Shown piece after piece: positions 26,050 to 39,158 of a DNA stretch of 64,000 bases (its first letter is position 1; the number at the start of each line of letters is the position of its first letter). The DNA comes from Eutreptiella sp. 'Long Island Sound 2002' (Eukaryota > Protista > Euglenida). The translations under genes were made by a program, and so were the position numbers. Location: positions 140,988,001 through 141,052,000 of the forward strand of contig OZ038378.1 in assembly GCA_964036045.1 (NCBI GenBank). Reading direction: 5' to 3'. Under the pieces are notes generated by a model. It saw only the letters and a list, made by a program, of their open reading frames with translations. It made no database searches and had not been told where the DNA came from.

Positions 26050-29000
26050 AACCCAATAAAAATTGTACCTCCACACGCCGCAAGACGGCGCGCAAAAATG
26101 GCGATCTGTGGGGCCACCTATGGTAGTGATCTATCCGTAGGAGAACATGGACACCGGGGCCCACATCATCAAGAACGCGACCAGTGGGGAGACAGCCGGT
26201 ACCATAACCAAACATACCACGCGGCCCACCCGGCCGCAACCGCCAAGGGATCCCAAACCCCTGCCGCACGAACCCCACCCAGCCCCGATGCCCATGGAAA
26301 CCGAGCCTACCACCACAACGCAACACCTCGCGAAGTCTCCCCACCACTACCACCTCCTCAAGGGGTAACCACATGCAGCGCATGGCTTCCCAATGGGCGC
26401 TTCCCCCGGGTGCCATCACCTAGAAACACGTCCTCCTGGGAGAAGAATCAACCCAGATGATACACCTCGCAACGTCCACCCAAGAGCTCACCTCCTCCTT
26501 ACCACCCAAGGTGCGGCCACCATTCAGGGGACCACATACGCGGATCGCAGCCACGAGCCTGAAACACGGCCCACACAGGCGTTGTGGATCCAAACGGGGC
26601 GGCCCACCAGTATGAACGTAGCGTCGGACACAGCATGGACGGACGCCCAATGCACCTGCTCCCCCGCATCAGCCGACAGGGTGAAAAGGCTAACATGCTT
26701 GACAACAGTGGCCAAAAAGCTAACCGAATCAACGGTGGACAACACCCTCACTCGAAAAACTGTGGTGCTGGCATTTCAATCGGAGCGAGCACATCTCCAG
26801 ACCTTCAAGCACACCATCTGGGATTATCACACGACAACACATCAGACGTGGACGCCAAGATCAAGACAATGCTCTCCCTGGAACTCCCAGAGAGCCACAA
26901 TGCGTACTTGCCTGCCAACGGGGCTTTCACACCCTATTGGCACTTTGTGACGGACACAGGCATGGTGCAACAGCGAGCGGACACTCCCCCAACCCAGCCA
27001 GTCACAGGTCTGGCCAGAGGGGCTCAAGCCATGGCACAGAGAGAAGAAGCTTCCCAAGAATGAGTGCCCAACGTCTTGGTGGAAAAGCGAGCACCCCATA
27101 AGAGAGGCAAAGCACAACAAACCGGACGGCAAATACATCCACCACTTAACGACAAAGAAGGAGTCCTACCTAGCCACAATCCATGGATGGTGGAGGAAGA
27201 TTCAATTACCCGCATAGAAGCAAAAGCGAGCACTGTCCACGCCGTGCCATACAAGCACCTGCAATAGCCAATCCCCACATCCAACGTGGTGCTAACATAT
27301 GGGGCAGCCGACACAATGACCACGTACCGCCTACAACACACAATAGAATGCGCAGTGTACATCATATATACGCGGGCCCAATACGACGCTACAGCAGGAG
27401 AGTAATGGCATCCAACACCACGATGGCCATTGCCCCTGCATCGGAAGAACGCCCCCCAGTGAGTCGCCCTGGGTCCCCAAAAGCCCGACCTCCAGGACAG
27501 AGTCCCGGCCCCCAACATCATCAACTCGGCGCTCGACAATGCCAAAATGCTCCGGACCCCTGATGATGCCACCCACCGAAGAACATGGAACACCATACAG
27601 TGACCTCTGCATCCCGATATTGACCGGCACCACGCGATGTCGTTGGACCAGGAACCCATTCCCATTAGAGTGGCAGGATGGTTAAAGACCCTACACCCTC
27701 AGGGATTTCGCGGAGGGGCAGCACCCGACATCCCGTACCCGGTGCCCCATGACATTGATGCACCGTGACAAGGCCTCAGATTTGGTGACCCACCATGCGG
27801 GCATCCCTCTACACACGCCTTGTTTTAGGCCCTACCCCCTGAACCGCCTGCGCTGCATGGCATAGTCCTGAACAAAATACCGGGCAACAAAGGGGTGTAG
27901 CCCACGATGCGCAACACACTGGGCCAGGCCAACCCCCCGAACCTAGTCCAACACGTAGCCATGGGGAGTGGCGTCCACCAACAAGCCATAAGGCTCTCTG
28001 GCAAGCCGGAAGGCTCTCTGGCAAGCCGGGGCGACGCGCGTCCCACAGACCCTAAGGCGCCGGGGCCGGAAAGGGCACTCATTACCCTGGCAGCAAACAA
28101 CGTAGCGGACGTCACGGACGTTTGGCACGGGGCAGCGGGACACCCAAACGAACACAAAGACAGCGGACAAGAGAAGAGAGATACGCTGGCACAGGACCTC
28201 ATGGATGAGCTTGTGCAGCTAATGAGCCCACCGGAGCAACAGAAACGGCACGTGGTGCTAGTCAATCCTTCGGATGCCCCAACAGTTACCCTACTCTGCT
28301 TCAACCATACACCGCTGGTCGTACAATGGGAAAGTACGGCCGCAGCCGAACAAGTACAAACGCTCGGACCAGACCCCAGGCAAGCGTTCCCGATAGCAAT
28401 GAAAAACAAGTTATGACAGTGTTCACCACATAAGCCACCTCGTGGCACAATTGCTAGCGCTCATGCGGGGCACCGTAAAAGCCTGCGCCATAGACACCGC
28501 GCTTCCACAGGCATGGCTCACATTGGCCTGCAACCTGGCGGCCTACCTCTGGCGTCCCGGGATGTCCCAGGTGGAGCGATGGACGTCATGGCAGGCGAAC
28601 ACCAAGCCGACGATCAAGCAACGAAGCACTTACCCAGCTAGGGACACGAGCCAACGTAAGGCATCTTCCAGAGGTGCAACACCGCACGACCGCTCAACCA
28701 GTGTAGGCTCGAGCCAAATCGAACCCGCGGCCAGAAGCAAAGCCGCTCAAGCTGTGGCTCGAGGCCACACCGGCATGGGCAACAAAGACAAAAAAACAGA
28801 GGTGTTCGGCTTATGGGATGACAGACCGTTCCACGAGTGCCCGCTTCAAACCCGCACGCATGACAACGTGGTGGGCCCAAGCACGGTGTGGACATGCTAC
28901 CCACATCACAACCTTGGTTGGAGGACGAAATCATTTTGGAGCGTCAACGGATGGTTGCGGTGCTAAAGTCCACGGATTACTACCAAAGGCGGCGATTACA

Positions 29001-30270
29001 GAGCAACATGCCAAAGTGCCGACCACAAACGACACCATCAACACGCTCATTACCTTGATGTCCATGACTGAACCAAGCATCACCTACGTAGCATGCGGAC
29101 TCTAGGGGGAGCAACCAAACGCCCAGGACGCACACACGCTCCGTTGTGACCCACAATCAATGGTACCGGCCATCTGTCAAGACAAGAGGGACATCCGCAC
29201 CGCAGGGCTGCTGAATCCCTCGTGAGGGACAAAAAGTGGCACACCCATGTATGTGCACAAGGGGCCTGAGGGTCGAGGTGTATCATGGAAGGCCACACCA
29301 GAGACCCTAGTGTTATTACTTGTTCGCTTGCGATGGCAGGAAGAGCGATGGAGTGTGATCTTCTGCAGTGCAGCTGTGTGGCCCCATTGCACATCTACGT
29401 GGCGGCAGCTCCATGAGCTCAAGCTCAGCTGCGCCCGGCAAAAAGCCGTGAACCTGCCCGTCGCCGCCCTATTTGCCTTCACCGAGACACGGGTTATGGG
29501 ATAGCAGACCGTTCCATGAGTGCCCCCTTCAGACCCACACGCATGACAACGCGGGGGACACAGGCACAGTGAGGACAGGCTACCTACATCACAACCTTGG
29601 TTGGAGGTCCCAGTCATTTTGGAGCGTCAACGGGTGGTAGCGGTGCTAAGGTCCACCGATTACTACCAAAGGCGGCGATTGCAAAGCAACAGCCCAAACT
29701 GCCGACCACAAACGACATCATCAACACGCTCATTACCTTGATGTCCCTGAATGAACCAAGCATCACCTACGACAACACGAAGGCACCCGACCCTCCGCAC
29801 ATATCCATTATGGCGGGGTGCTAATCGGACGTCATATTGTGGCAAGAGCAGGAACACAAAAAACAGGTTACGCCCTTCCGCCTCACCCCCGTCATTACCG
29901 AGTTAAGCTACGGGTATCGAACGAAGAGGATCAAAGAGGTGCCAATCTCCCAGCTGCAGGGTGTACATGGGCACCTCCATCATGAGCTCGGAATCACGGG
30001 ATGCCGGGCAGTGCACGAGTGGTGGTGCCCAGCTGGCATTTGAATAACATCAGCGTGCACCTTCTCTGCGGCGAGTATGCGGAGACCTTCTTGGACAAGA
30101 GCCATGGAGGCATACCGGCAACTAGCCATCATGGCACCTACAATCTTGAGAAAAGACTTCAACGCCGCGCCCACATAGGACAGCTACGTCGGCTGGCCAA
30201 CACCGGAGGACATAGTGGTGAGGCTGGCCATGCACCACCTAGGCTTGCACCACCTCACTGCCTCCTTGCA
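26050..30270 (+). mobile_element. Second degenerate LINE-like element (ORF1-like region plus APE endonuclease), 5' boundary approximate
   Basis: DVILWQE (29828, DIILLQE-like) and ILRKDFNA (about 30143-30166, GDFNA-like) occur with APE-like spacing. They are preceded by about 3.7 kb of A/C-rich, stop-riddled plus-strand frames. The element is cut off by the satellite at about 30290. Confidence 0.55.
28805..29775 (+). repeat. Diverged direct duplication of about 280 bp (28805-29085 and 29495-29775)
   Basis: Shared text ATGGGAT.ACAGACCGTTCCA.GAGTGCCC.CTTCA.ACCC ... ATCAACACGCTCATTACCTTGATGTCC.TGA.TGAACCAAGCATCACCTACG at an offset of about 690 bp. Confidence 0.88.
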
Positions 30271-30289
30271 GGGAAAACCCAACGAAATG

Positions 30290-33200
30290 ATTACATAAAT
30301 TCTTCCTTGCTTTCGCCCTCCTTCTTCGTCCTTCGGGGTATAGGATAGGAATAAACCATGACTAGATAACCTATGTCTTCTCAGGGTCCCCATAATGGGA
30401 ACAAATCCATAACATAACCCCTGCCTTCTCCGGATTCCCATCATGGGGAGATGTGAATATGGCTACACCAGCTTTGCCTTCTCAGGGGTCGCATCACGGG
30501 GGAGAATCAATATGGCCACATATTCCATGCCTTTTAGGAGTCCACATGGTGGAAAGAAGTTTCCAGCTTCGTAACCCCTGCCGTCTCGGGGTCTCGAAAG
30601 AGGGGAGACATCTGTATGGCTACACAAACCATATCTTCTCGGCGGTATCGGATGGAAAGAAATGCTTATGGCGATATAACCCGTGCCTTCTTGGGGTCCC
30701 CATAGCAGGGGAAAGTCTATATGACTGCATAAATCCTGCCTTCTCGGGGGGCCCGTCGTGAGGTGGCGGCAATATGGATACATAATGCCTTCCTTGCCGA
30801 AGGTGTGATGGGGGAAGAAATGCAGATGGCTACTTAGCCCGTAGCTTCTCAGAGGCCCCAAAAGGCGAAGACACCCCTATGGCTACATAACCCCTACCTT
30901 CTCGGGGTCCCCATTGTGGGGAGGCGGCAATGTCACTACATAAACCCTGCGTTGCTGGGGGTAACAGATGGGCACAATTCAATATGGCCACATAGGCCCT
31001 GCCTCCTCGGGCTCTGCGTCGTGGGGAGGCAGCAATATGGATTCATAACGCTTGGCTGATGGGGGGTATTCGGTGTGAAGATATCAATAGGGCTACGTAA
31101 CCCCTGCCGTATTGGGGACCCCGTCGATGGAAGACGGCAACATGGCTACATAAGCCTTCGCTTCACGGGGGTATTTGATGAGTAGAAATGAATATGGTTG
31201 CATAGCACTTGCCTTCTCGGGGGAGACAGCAACATGGTTACACAAACTATTTCTTCGCAGGCTCGCCATCGTGGGGAGGCGGCAATAATGCTACACAAGC
31301 CTTGCCTCCACACAGGTAAAGGATGGGAAGAAATCCATATGGCTACAAATCCTTGCCTTCTCAGGGTCCCCGTTGTGGCGAGCAATACATGTGGCCACAT
31401 AATCCTTGCCTTCCCGGGGTCCCCATCTTGGGGAGATTGGCATTATGGCTACATAAGCCCTCCCTACTCGGGTGTATAGGATGGAAAGAAATACCCATGG
31501 CTACATAACTCCTGTCTTCTCGAAGGTCCCACTGTGGCAAAATGGCTACATAAGCCCAGCCATTTTGGGGAGATCGGAGGGGGAGAAATCAATATGCCTA
31601 CATAACCCCCGCCGTCCAGTGGTTCCAGTCGTGGGAAGACAACAATATGGCTATATAACCCTAGCTTATCGGGGGTATGACATTGGTGGAAAAAAATTTG
31701 GCTACATAACCCTTGCCTTCTCGGGTCCCCAATCTATGGGGAGACGGCAATATGCTTACATGACATGGAGGAAGCAATATGGCTACACAAAGCTTGCCCT
31801 CGCGATGGTAAAGCATGGGAAAAAATCCATATGGGTACATAACTCTTCCCTTCTCGGGGTCCCCATAGTGGGGAGAAATGTGTGTACCTACAAAATCCTT
31901 GCCTTCTCGATGTCCCCATTTTGGGGATGCAGCATTATGGCTGCATAAGCCCTCCCTTCGCGGGTGTATAGGATGAAACCAAATACAGATGGCTACATAA
32001 CCCTTGCCTTCTCGGGTGTTGAATCGTGGGGAGACGGCAATATGGATACATAAGAAATCAATATGGCGACACAACACTGGCCTTCTCGGGGTCCCCATAG
32101 TGGGGGCACACCCATATCACTACAAGAACCCTGCTTGGTTCGGGTCGCCATCAAGGGGAGGCGGCAACATGGCTATATAAGGTGGAAAGAAATCAATGTA
32201 GCGACATAAACCGTGGCTTCTCGTGTTCCCAATTGTGGGCAGACAACAGCATGGCTGCATCATGGGGACGTAGAAACATGGCTATATGAGCCCTCCGGTC
32301 TCCGAGAACAGCATTTGAAGAAATCCATATGGTGGATAACCCTTGCCTAGTGGGCGTCCCCATCGTGGGAAAACATGGATATGCCAATGCCTTTTCTGGG
32401 TCCCCAATGGCGGGGAGGCGGCAATATGCCGAATTAAACGCCGATTTCTCGGGGTATTAGGTGGAAACAAATCAACATGGCTACATAAACCCTGCTTGCT
32501 CGGGGTCCCCAAGTGGGGGGAGACAACAACAAACCTACTTAAGAGCTGCCCTCTCGGGGGTATAGGATGGTAAGAAATAATAAGGCTACATAAACCCTAT
32601 CTTCTCAAGGTCCCCATCGTGGGGAGACGGTAATATGGCTACACCCACTTTGCCTTCTCAGGGCTGCGACCACGCGGAGACATCAACCTTGCCACATATC
32701 CCCTTCCTTTTAGATGGTGGAGAGCGATTCATATGGCTTAACAAACAATGGATTCTCGGGGTCCCAATTGTAGGGACATGGCATTATACCTACATAAACC
32801 CTACATTCTAGGAGGTATATGATGGGAAGAAAACAATATGGCCACATAACCCCCGTCTTGTTGGATCCCATGGTGGGCGGACATCCTTATGGATACATAA
32901 TCCCTGCCTTCTCGGAGGTATAGGATGCGAAGAAACCCACAGGGCAACACAACCCTTGTCTTGTCGGGGTGCCCACCGTGTGGAGGCGACAATATGGCTA
33001 CATAAGCCGTGGCCCCGTGGGGGGATTATGTGGGAAGCGATCAATAACGCTACATGACCCTGCCTTCTCAGGGCCCCCATCGCGGACAGACACCAATATG
33101 GCTACATAAGGCCTCCCTTCGCGAGGGTATCGGAGCAAAAGAACACAACATGGGTACAGAATCCTGGCATTCTACGGGGCCCCATAGCGCGGGGAAATCC

Positions 33201-34540
33201 ATGATGGTATACCATGCCTGCCTTCCTAGGGTACCCATGTGGTGTGGAAGCGGCAATATGGCTGCATATGCCATGTCCCCACGACGGGAACGCCGAAAAG
33301 GCAGGGGCTATGGGGCCTTGTGGATATTTCCCCGCTATGGGTAACCCGAGAAAGTAGGGGTTATGTGGCCATATTGATTGTTTCTACACAAGCCTTGGCT
33401 GCTCGAAGCCCCAGCTTCCTGGGGACAGACATGGGATGGGAAGAAATCAATTCAGCTACAAAAACCCTGCCTTCTTTGGGTCCCCATAGTGGGGAGACAT
33501 CCATATGGACACATAAACCCTCCCTTCTCCGGGGCATAGGATGGGAAGAAAAGAATATGGCCACAAAAACCCACCGGTGATGGGTCCCATGGTGGGGAGA
33601 CATCCATATGGATACGCAACCCTTGCCTTCTCGGGGTCCCCATTAGGGGGAGACAACAATTTGGTGGCATAACCCATGCCTTCTCCAGGGTATAGAATTC
33701 GAAGAAAACAATATGGCTACATAATCCTTGCCTTCTCGGGCATGTAGGACGGAGAGAAAGAAATATGGCTATGAAAAACCGCCCCCATGTTGGCGATGTG
33801 GTAGTATGGCTACATAAGCCATGGGTGCTCGGGCGTATAGGGTGGGAAGGAATCCATGTGGCTACATAACCCTTGCTTCTTGGGCTCCCGATAGGGAGAG
33901 AAATGCTTATGGCTAAACAACCCCTACCTTCTCGGGCTCCCCATCTTGGGGAGGCGGCAATAGGGGTACCAAAACCCTCACTTCTCGGGGGTATTCAGTT
34001 GGAACAAATCAATATGCCTACACAACCCTTGTCCTCGCGGGGTCCCGATAGTGAGGAGACGGCAAGAGCATTATATACGCCATGCCTTCTTGAGTGCATT
34101 ACATGGGAACACATCAATATGGCTACATAACCCTTGTGCTCTCCGGGTCCTCAGCCGGGAGAGACCGCGATATGATTGCATAAGCCCTGCCTTCTCAGTG
34201 GTATACGATGGGAAGACATTAATATGGCTACATAACCCTTGCTTTCCAAGGGTCCCCACAGTGGGGACAAACCCCTGTGGCTACATAATACCATGGGGGG
34301 GGGGGGGGCGACCCCTCGGGCTTGGACGCCAACGACCCCCCCAACTAAATGTTGACCGGAGGCCCCTTGGGAGGGGGGGGGTTCTGGGAGGGGCACTGGG
34401 GATGGCGGTTCCCGGGGTATGCTTGCATAAGCCCTGCGTTCTCAGTCGTATACGATGGGAAGACATTAATATGGCTAGATAACCCTTGCTTTCCAAGGGT
34501 CGCCACAGTGGGGACAAACCCATGTGGCTACATAACAACA
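30290..34540 (+). repeat. GGCTACATAA hairpin satellite, block 2 (with a duplicated end junction)
   Basis: Core motif at 30881, 30934, 30986, 31039, 31091, 31144 and 31196 (53/52-bp alternation). The terminal junction is duplicated at about 34190-34410 and 34435-34685. Confidence 0.95.
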
Positions 34541-34879
34541 ACGGGGAGGGGGGGGGCGACCAACTCGGGTTTGGACGCCAACTACCCCCCCAACTAAATG
34601 TTGACCAGAGGCCCCTTGGGGGGGGGGGGGGGCTTGGAGGGGGGGGGGTTCTGGGAGGGGCGCAGGGGATGGCGGTTCCCGGGTTTGCTGGGGGGGTGGG
34701 GTGTCGGGCACCTCCGAAAATTTGGTATGCGGCCCAGGTGAGATCCGACACTTCGCACTGCCCCTTCCCACAATAGAGGGTAGGGTATTATCGGCTTGGG
34801 TATTCCTAGCCACACTGGGAACCTCAGGGGGGTGGGCTCCTGAGGCGGCCATGGGATTAGAGTCACACCATGCCACAAG

Positions 34880-34880
<1 letters not shown>

Positions 34881-34910
<30 letters not shown>

Positions 34911-34937
34911 GACACACACACACACACATATATATAT
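34881..34937 (+). repeat. (CATA)n/(CA)n/(TA)n compound microsatellite
   Basis: catacatacatacacacacacacacacacagacacacacacacacacatatatatat. Confidence 0.95.
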
Positions 34938-35009
34938 CCTCTTATCTACCCCTCTCCCCAACTCTAGGTGGCTCCACCATACGGCTCTAATGTACGTGCA
35001 AAGGGTACA

Positions 35010-35790
35010 AATTGGTGCATACACGTGGTGGAAGGGGCTGAACTCGGTCAAAACGGGCTCAAAATGGGCTCATTTCAGTTGCTTGTGCACCCTTAATGGT
35101 CCAGGGTCACTGTTGGAAAAACGCGTTTTTGACACATTTTTGACCCATGTTTGCTCACAAAACGGCCCCATTTCAAGGCATCTTGGAATTTTCCATGACC
35201 AAAAACGCGTCATCACGGGCAGGAAATGGGCTAAAAACACTTGATTGAGCATCCCAAGTGGTCTGGGAACAACATTGGAAAGATGATTTTTTTCGCCCCG
35301 GGGACCTTGGTGGACCCACCGTTGGCCCCCACCGTGCCCGGGGCGAGCTGCCCTCCGGCTCCTCCAAGTCACCACTGGTACGGGGGTCTAGGCGTCTCTT
35401 TGCGCGATTTTGGGGCTTAGAAACCACAAAAAGCGGGGGGTTGCGGGTGGACTTGGTGCCCTCGGAATCAGATTTTGAGCCAGGTAGCCCAGAATACGGC
35501 CCTTGCTTGGTTTGGGGATGTTGGTGCACATTGCGCAAAGTTTGGGGGTTTGTGGCGCCTTTTTGGGCCGTTTCTCGGACATATAATGGAGTTGAAGGGC
35601 ACGGGAGGGCTCTTTGACACGGTGAAGTCAAGCCGCACGTGTAGTGTGGGCACTGTTTCCCTACATTTGGGCGTTTTGCCCGGATTTGGGGGTTATTTTG
35701 GCGAAAAATGGCTGTTTTTGGCCCAAAACTGTCTAGATTTGGGTGGGCACCTCCCAACTTGGCGCCCACGCGCCGGGCCGCCATAGGTGA
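35010..35790. mobile_element. Probable dispersed repeat or transposon end region
   Basis: Non-coding, with recurring AAAA(T/C)GG(G)C(T/C) motifs and weak similarity to 63420-63470. No second full copy is in the window. Confidence 0.25.
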
Positions 35791-36120
35791 GTTTCTGCCT
35801 CAAAACTTGGATTTGGCAAGGCCAACACCTAGGCACCAAGATAGCTACACGGGCAAAAGATCCGAGGCGCTGGGACGGAGCAATGGCCAAAACCGCATGG
35901 AGACGTGTTTGTTGCTTGTTGTTGTTAGCTAGATTTAAGGGGGGAGGGTGTGTAGTAATATACATAGGGGTTGGAATGCAACTGCAAACGTGTGGTCATA
36001 GCAACTCGGGGCGGTGGCCTCGGACCACATTGCCATGATGGTACATCAGCCCTCCCCGCTTACACCACACTTGCATCAGCCTTCTCCCCAAACATTTCGA
36101 GCAATGAAAAAGAAGGGCAT

Positions 36121-36295
36121 GAGACCAAGCTTGACTCCTTGGAAAACTTTGTACGGATCGACCTAAGGAGGGAGGTGCCTAAGACCAAGAGTGGCTCCAT
36201 GGAACACTTTCCACGCATCGACTTAATAGGGCGAGGGGCCTAGGACCAATAATGGCTCCTTGGAATACTTTCTACGCATCGACCTGACAAGGGTG
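36121..36295 (+). repeat. About 60-bp diverged tandem repeat, 3 copies
   Basis: Units .AGACCAA...TG.CTCC.TGGAA.ACTTT..ACG.ATCGAC.T at about 36121, 36181 and 36242. Confidence 0.85.
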
Positions 36296-36515
36296 GGGTG
36301 GGGGGGGGGGGGCACCGGCAAACAGGGGCACAAGGAAAAGCCCTTACTTAAATAACTCACCTGCACTTGAAAAGCTATCAGAATCATATGCTGTGGTGGC
36401 CGACCTGTTCTTTGGCTGCGAACTAAACACCTGGTTTCTCCTCCGTACACTCTGCAAAGGGCGAGAACGCTCCGCCCGGGAAGATGCCTCGGAGGAGGAG
36501 GAGGAGGAGGGGGAG

Positions 36516-36795
36516 CAAAATCAGAAGTGGCCCACAAGTGGGCAAGGTGGCTACATAACCCCTGCCGTCTAGGGGGTCCCCAGTGCTTCAGAGCGGGGGG
36601 CAAAATCAGAAGTGGCCCACATGTGGGCAAGGTGGCTACATCACCCCTGCCGCCTGGGGGATCCCCTCCGGGGACAAAATCAGAAGTGGCCCACTTGTGG
36701 GCAAGGTGGCTACATCACCCCTGCCGCCTAGGGGGTCCCCAACGCTTTAGAGCGGGGGGCAGAATCAGAAGTGGCCCACAAGTGGCTACATAACC
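36516..36795 (+). repeat. Satellite subfamily ii (74-85-bp units; CAAAATCAGAAGTGGCCCACnnGTGGGC arm)
   Basis: Units start at 36516, 36601, 36675 and 36760 and share the GGCTACAT(A/C)ACCCCTGCCG core. Confidence 0.93.
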
Positions 36796-36939
36796 ACATT
36801 GGGCGCCTACAGTGCCCGTCGGCTCCTTGGGCTCATACCTTTGACAACTAACTGTCGGCCGGAGGCCCCTTGGGGAAGGGGGGGGTAGTTGGCGTCCTAG
36901 GACCCGCGGAGTCGCCCCCCCCCCCCCCCCGGTGCATAA

Positions 36940-38215
36940 CAACTACCTACCAGGGGTACCGATCGTGGGGGTACGGCAATACGGCTACAGCCGCTTTGCC
37001 TTCTTGGGGGTACGATCGTGGGGGAGAATCAACACAGCCACATAACCCCTGCCCTTTAAGAATCCTCATAGTGGAAAGAAGTTTCTTCGGCTTCATAAGC
37101 CCTGCTATCTGAGCGTCCCCAAAGTGGAAAGACATCCATATGGCTTCATAAACACTGTCTTCTCGGGTTCCCTATCGTGGGAAGATGGCATTATGGCTAC
37201 ATAAACCCTGCCTTCCAAGACTCCCCGTGGCGGGGAGAAATCCATATGGCTATATCAACACTGCCTTTTCGGGACTATAGGATGGGAAGAAAACAAAATG
37301 GCTATATGTTCCCTGCCTTGTTGGGTCCCATGGTCGGGGGACAGCAATTTGGCTACATATCTCCTTCGATCTCCGGGGAATAAGATGGGAAGAAAACAAT
37401 ATGGCTACATAACCCCCAACTTCTCGTGGTTTCCATAATGGTGAGATAGCAATATGGATACATAACCCCTGCCGTCTCAGGGGGCATAGAATGGGAAGAA
37501 TTCAATGTGGCTACATAACCCCTGCCTTCTAGGGGTTCCCATGCTGGCAAGGCAGCAATGTTGCTACAGAAGCCCTGGCGTTTGAAGGATATAGGAGGGA
37601 AAGAAAGCAACATGGCTGCACAGCCCCTACCATCTCGGGGTCCCCATCGTGGGGATGCGGCAAAGTGGCCACATAAACCCTGATTTGTCGGGGGCATAGG
37701 ACGGCAACAAATCCATGTGCTCACAGGACCCCTGCCTTCTCCGGGTCCCCAAAGTGGGAAGATATTAATATGACTACATTACCTCTGCCCTCTAGGGTCC
37801 CCATCTTGGGGAGACGGCAATATGGGTACATAAGCCCTCTCGAGAAGCCCTCTCTTCTCGAGGGTATAGAACAGGAAGTAATCAACATGGCTACATAACG
37901 CTTGCCTTCACCAGGTCCCCATAGTGGGGAGAAATCCATTTGCCTATATAACCGCTGCCTTCTCGGAGTCCCCAGTAGGGGGAGGCAGGCAATATGACTA
38001 CACCCGCTTTGCCTTCTTGGGGGTACCATCATGGGGGACAATCAATATGGCGACATTACCATTGCGTTTTAGTATTCCCAATAGTGGAACAGAATTTTTC
38101 GGCTTCGTGAGGCCTTCCATCTCGGGGTCCCAAAGTGGGGAGACATCCATCTGGCTAAATGAACCATGCCTTCATGGCGGTATAGGGAGGGCGCGGAGGG
38201 GTGGGGACAGTAGGC
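36940..38215 (+). repeat. GGCTACATAA hairpin satellite, block 3
   Basis: Same core and arms as block 2. Confidence 0.93.
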
Positions 38216-38824
38216 CATATGCTGACTAGTTCTCGCTTCGGTGCCACTTTCGGGGCGGCGGGGGGCGGGCCAGGTCTGAGGGGGGTTGGGGGGGCCGCGA
38301 GAGGGGACAGGGGAGCACCGGACCCCTTCATATATAGCTTGAAATGGCCCCCTCATCGTGCTGATCACTTTGAGGTACCTATGTAGGAGCAAAAAAGATT
38401 GCAATAGGGGGGGCATGGTCATTGGTACTTTTGTGAAAGGATATAGCAGCCCCAAGGCAATTCCCGGCCACTATTGGTAGTGGCGCCACACCTAAGCCGA
38501 ACGGTGCTGTTTTCAAGGCAGAATTGACGCATGTTTCGAAATCCTTTGGAGGAGCGCGGGAGGGGGGGGTCTGCACCACGTGCAGTACGTCTTTTTTAAA
38601 GAAAAATCTCTCTACGTAATACCTGCCCACAACGTGTGCACATACACCAGCGGTGCATCGTGTGTAGGAACGCGTTGTGTGCCCTTCGTGGGGCGGTCGC
38701 CCTTGGGGTCCCAAAACATGGGTGATGGAGGTGGTGGGGTTGAAGGAGGTAAAGAACGGAGCCCTAATAGCGCTGGTCGAAGGGACGATCAACGTACTCC
38801 TCCTCTTCGCTGAACACATCACCC

Positions 38825-39025
38825 CAGCCCAACCCCTACTTTCTCGGTGGCCCAAAAGTGGGCGGAAATGCTACATAACCCCCTGCATTCTCGGGGGTCC
38901 CCAAACAAAGGGGGACGAAATCTGAATTGGCTGCCTAACCCTGCCTTCACAGAGGCCCAAAGGTGGGCGGAAATGCTACATAACCCCTACATTCTCGGGG
39001 TCCCCAACAAAGGGGACAACATCAA
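38825..39025 (+). repeat. Satellite subfamily iii (GCCCAAAAGTGGGCGGAAATGCTACATAACCCC..CATTCTCGGGG); also at 60755-60835
   Basis: Two dimer units here and a diverged copy near 60.8 kb. Confidence 0.85.
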
Positions 39026-39087
39026 AGCAACAATAAAACAAAAAGTTTCCTCATTTTCTCCACGACCCTACCTGGGGTACTGCAGAT

Positions 39088-39158
39088 TGCCCCCACTGGG
39101 GATTGAACCCATGACTTGTCAATCGCATAGGCACTGCTTTACCAACTAGTATATGGGC
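39088..39158 (-). pseudogene. tRNA pseudogene or tRNA-derived SINE head
   Basis: GCCCATATACTAGTTGGTAAAGCAGTGCCTATGCGATTGACAAGTCATGGGTTCAATCCCCAGTGGGGGCA (71 nt). It has an intact B-box/T-loop GGTTCAATCCC, a T-stem, a mostly paired GCCC/GGGC acceptor stem and a D-loop AGTTGGTA. The anticodon stem is broken, so the isotype cannot be called. Confidence 0.8.

Noticed and set aside
39088-39158. Functional tRNA gene
   Set aside because: The anticodon stem does not pair, the D-stem is deleted or mutated, and the acceptor and T stems have mismatches.
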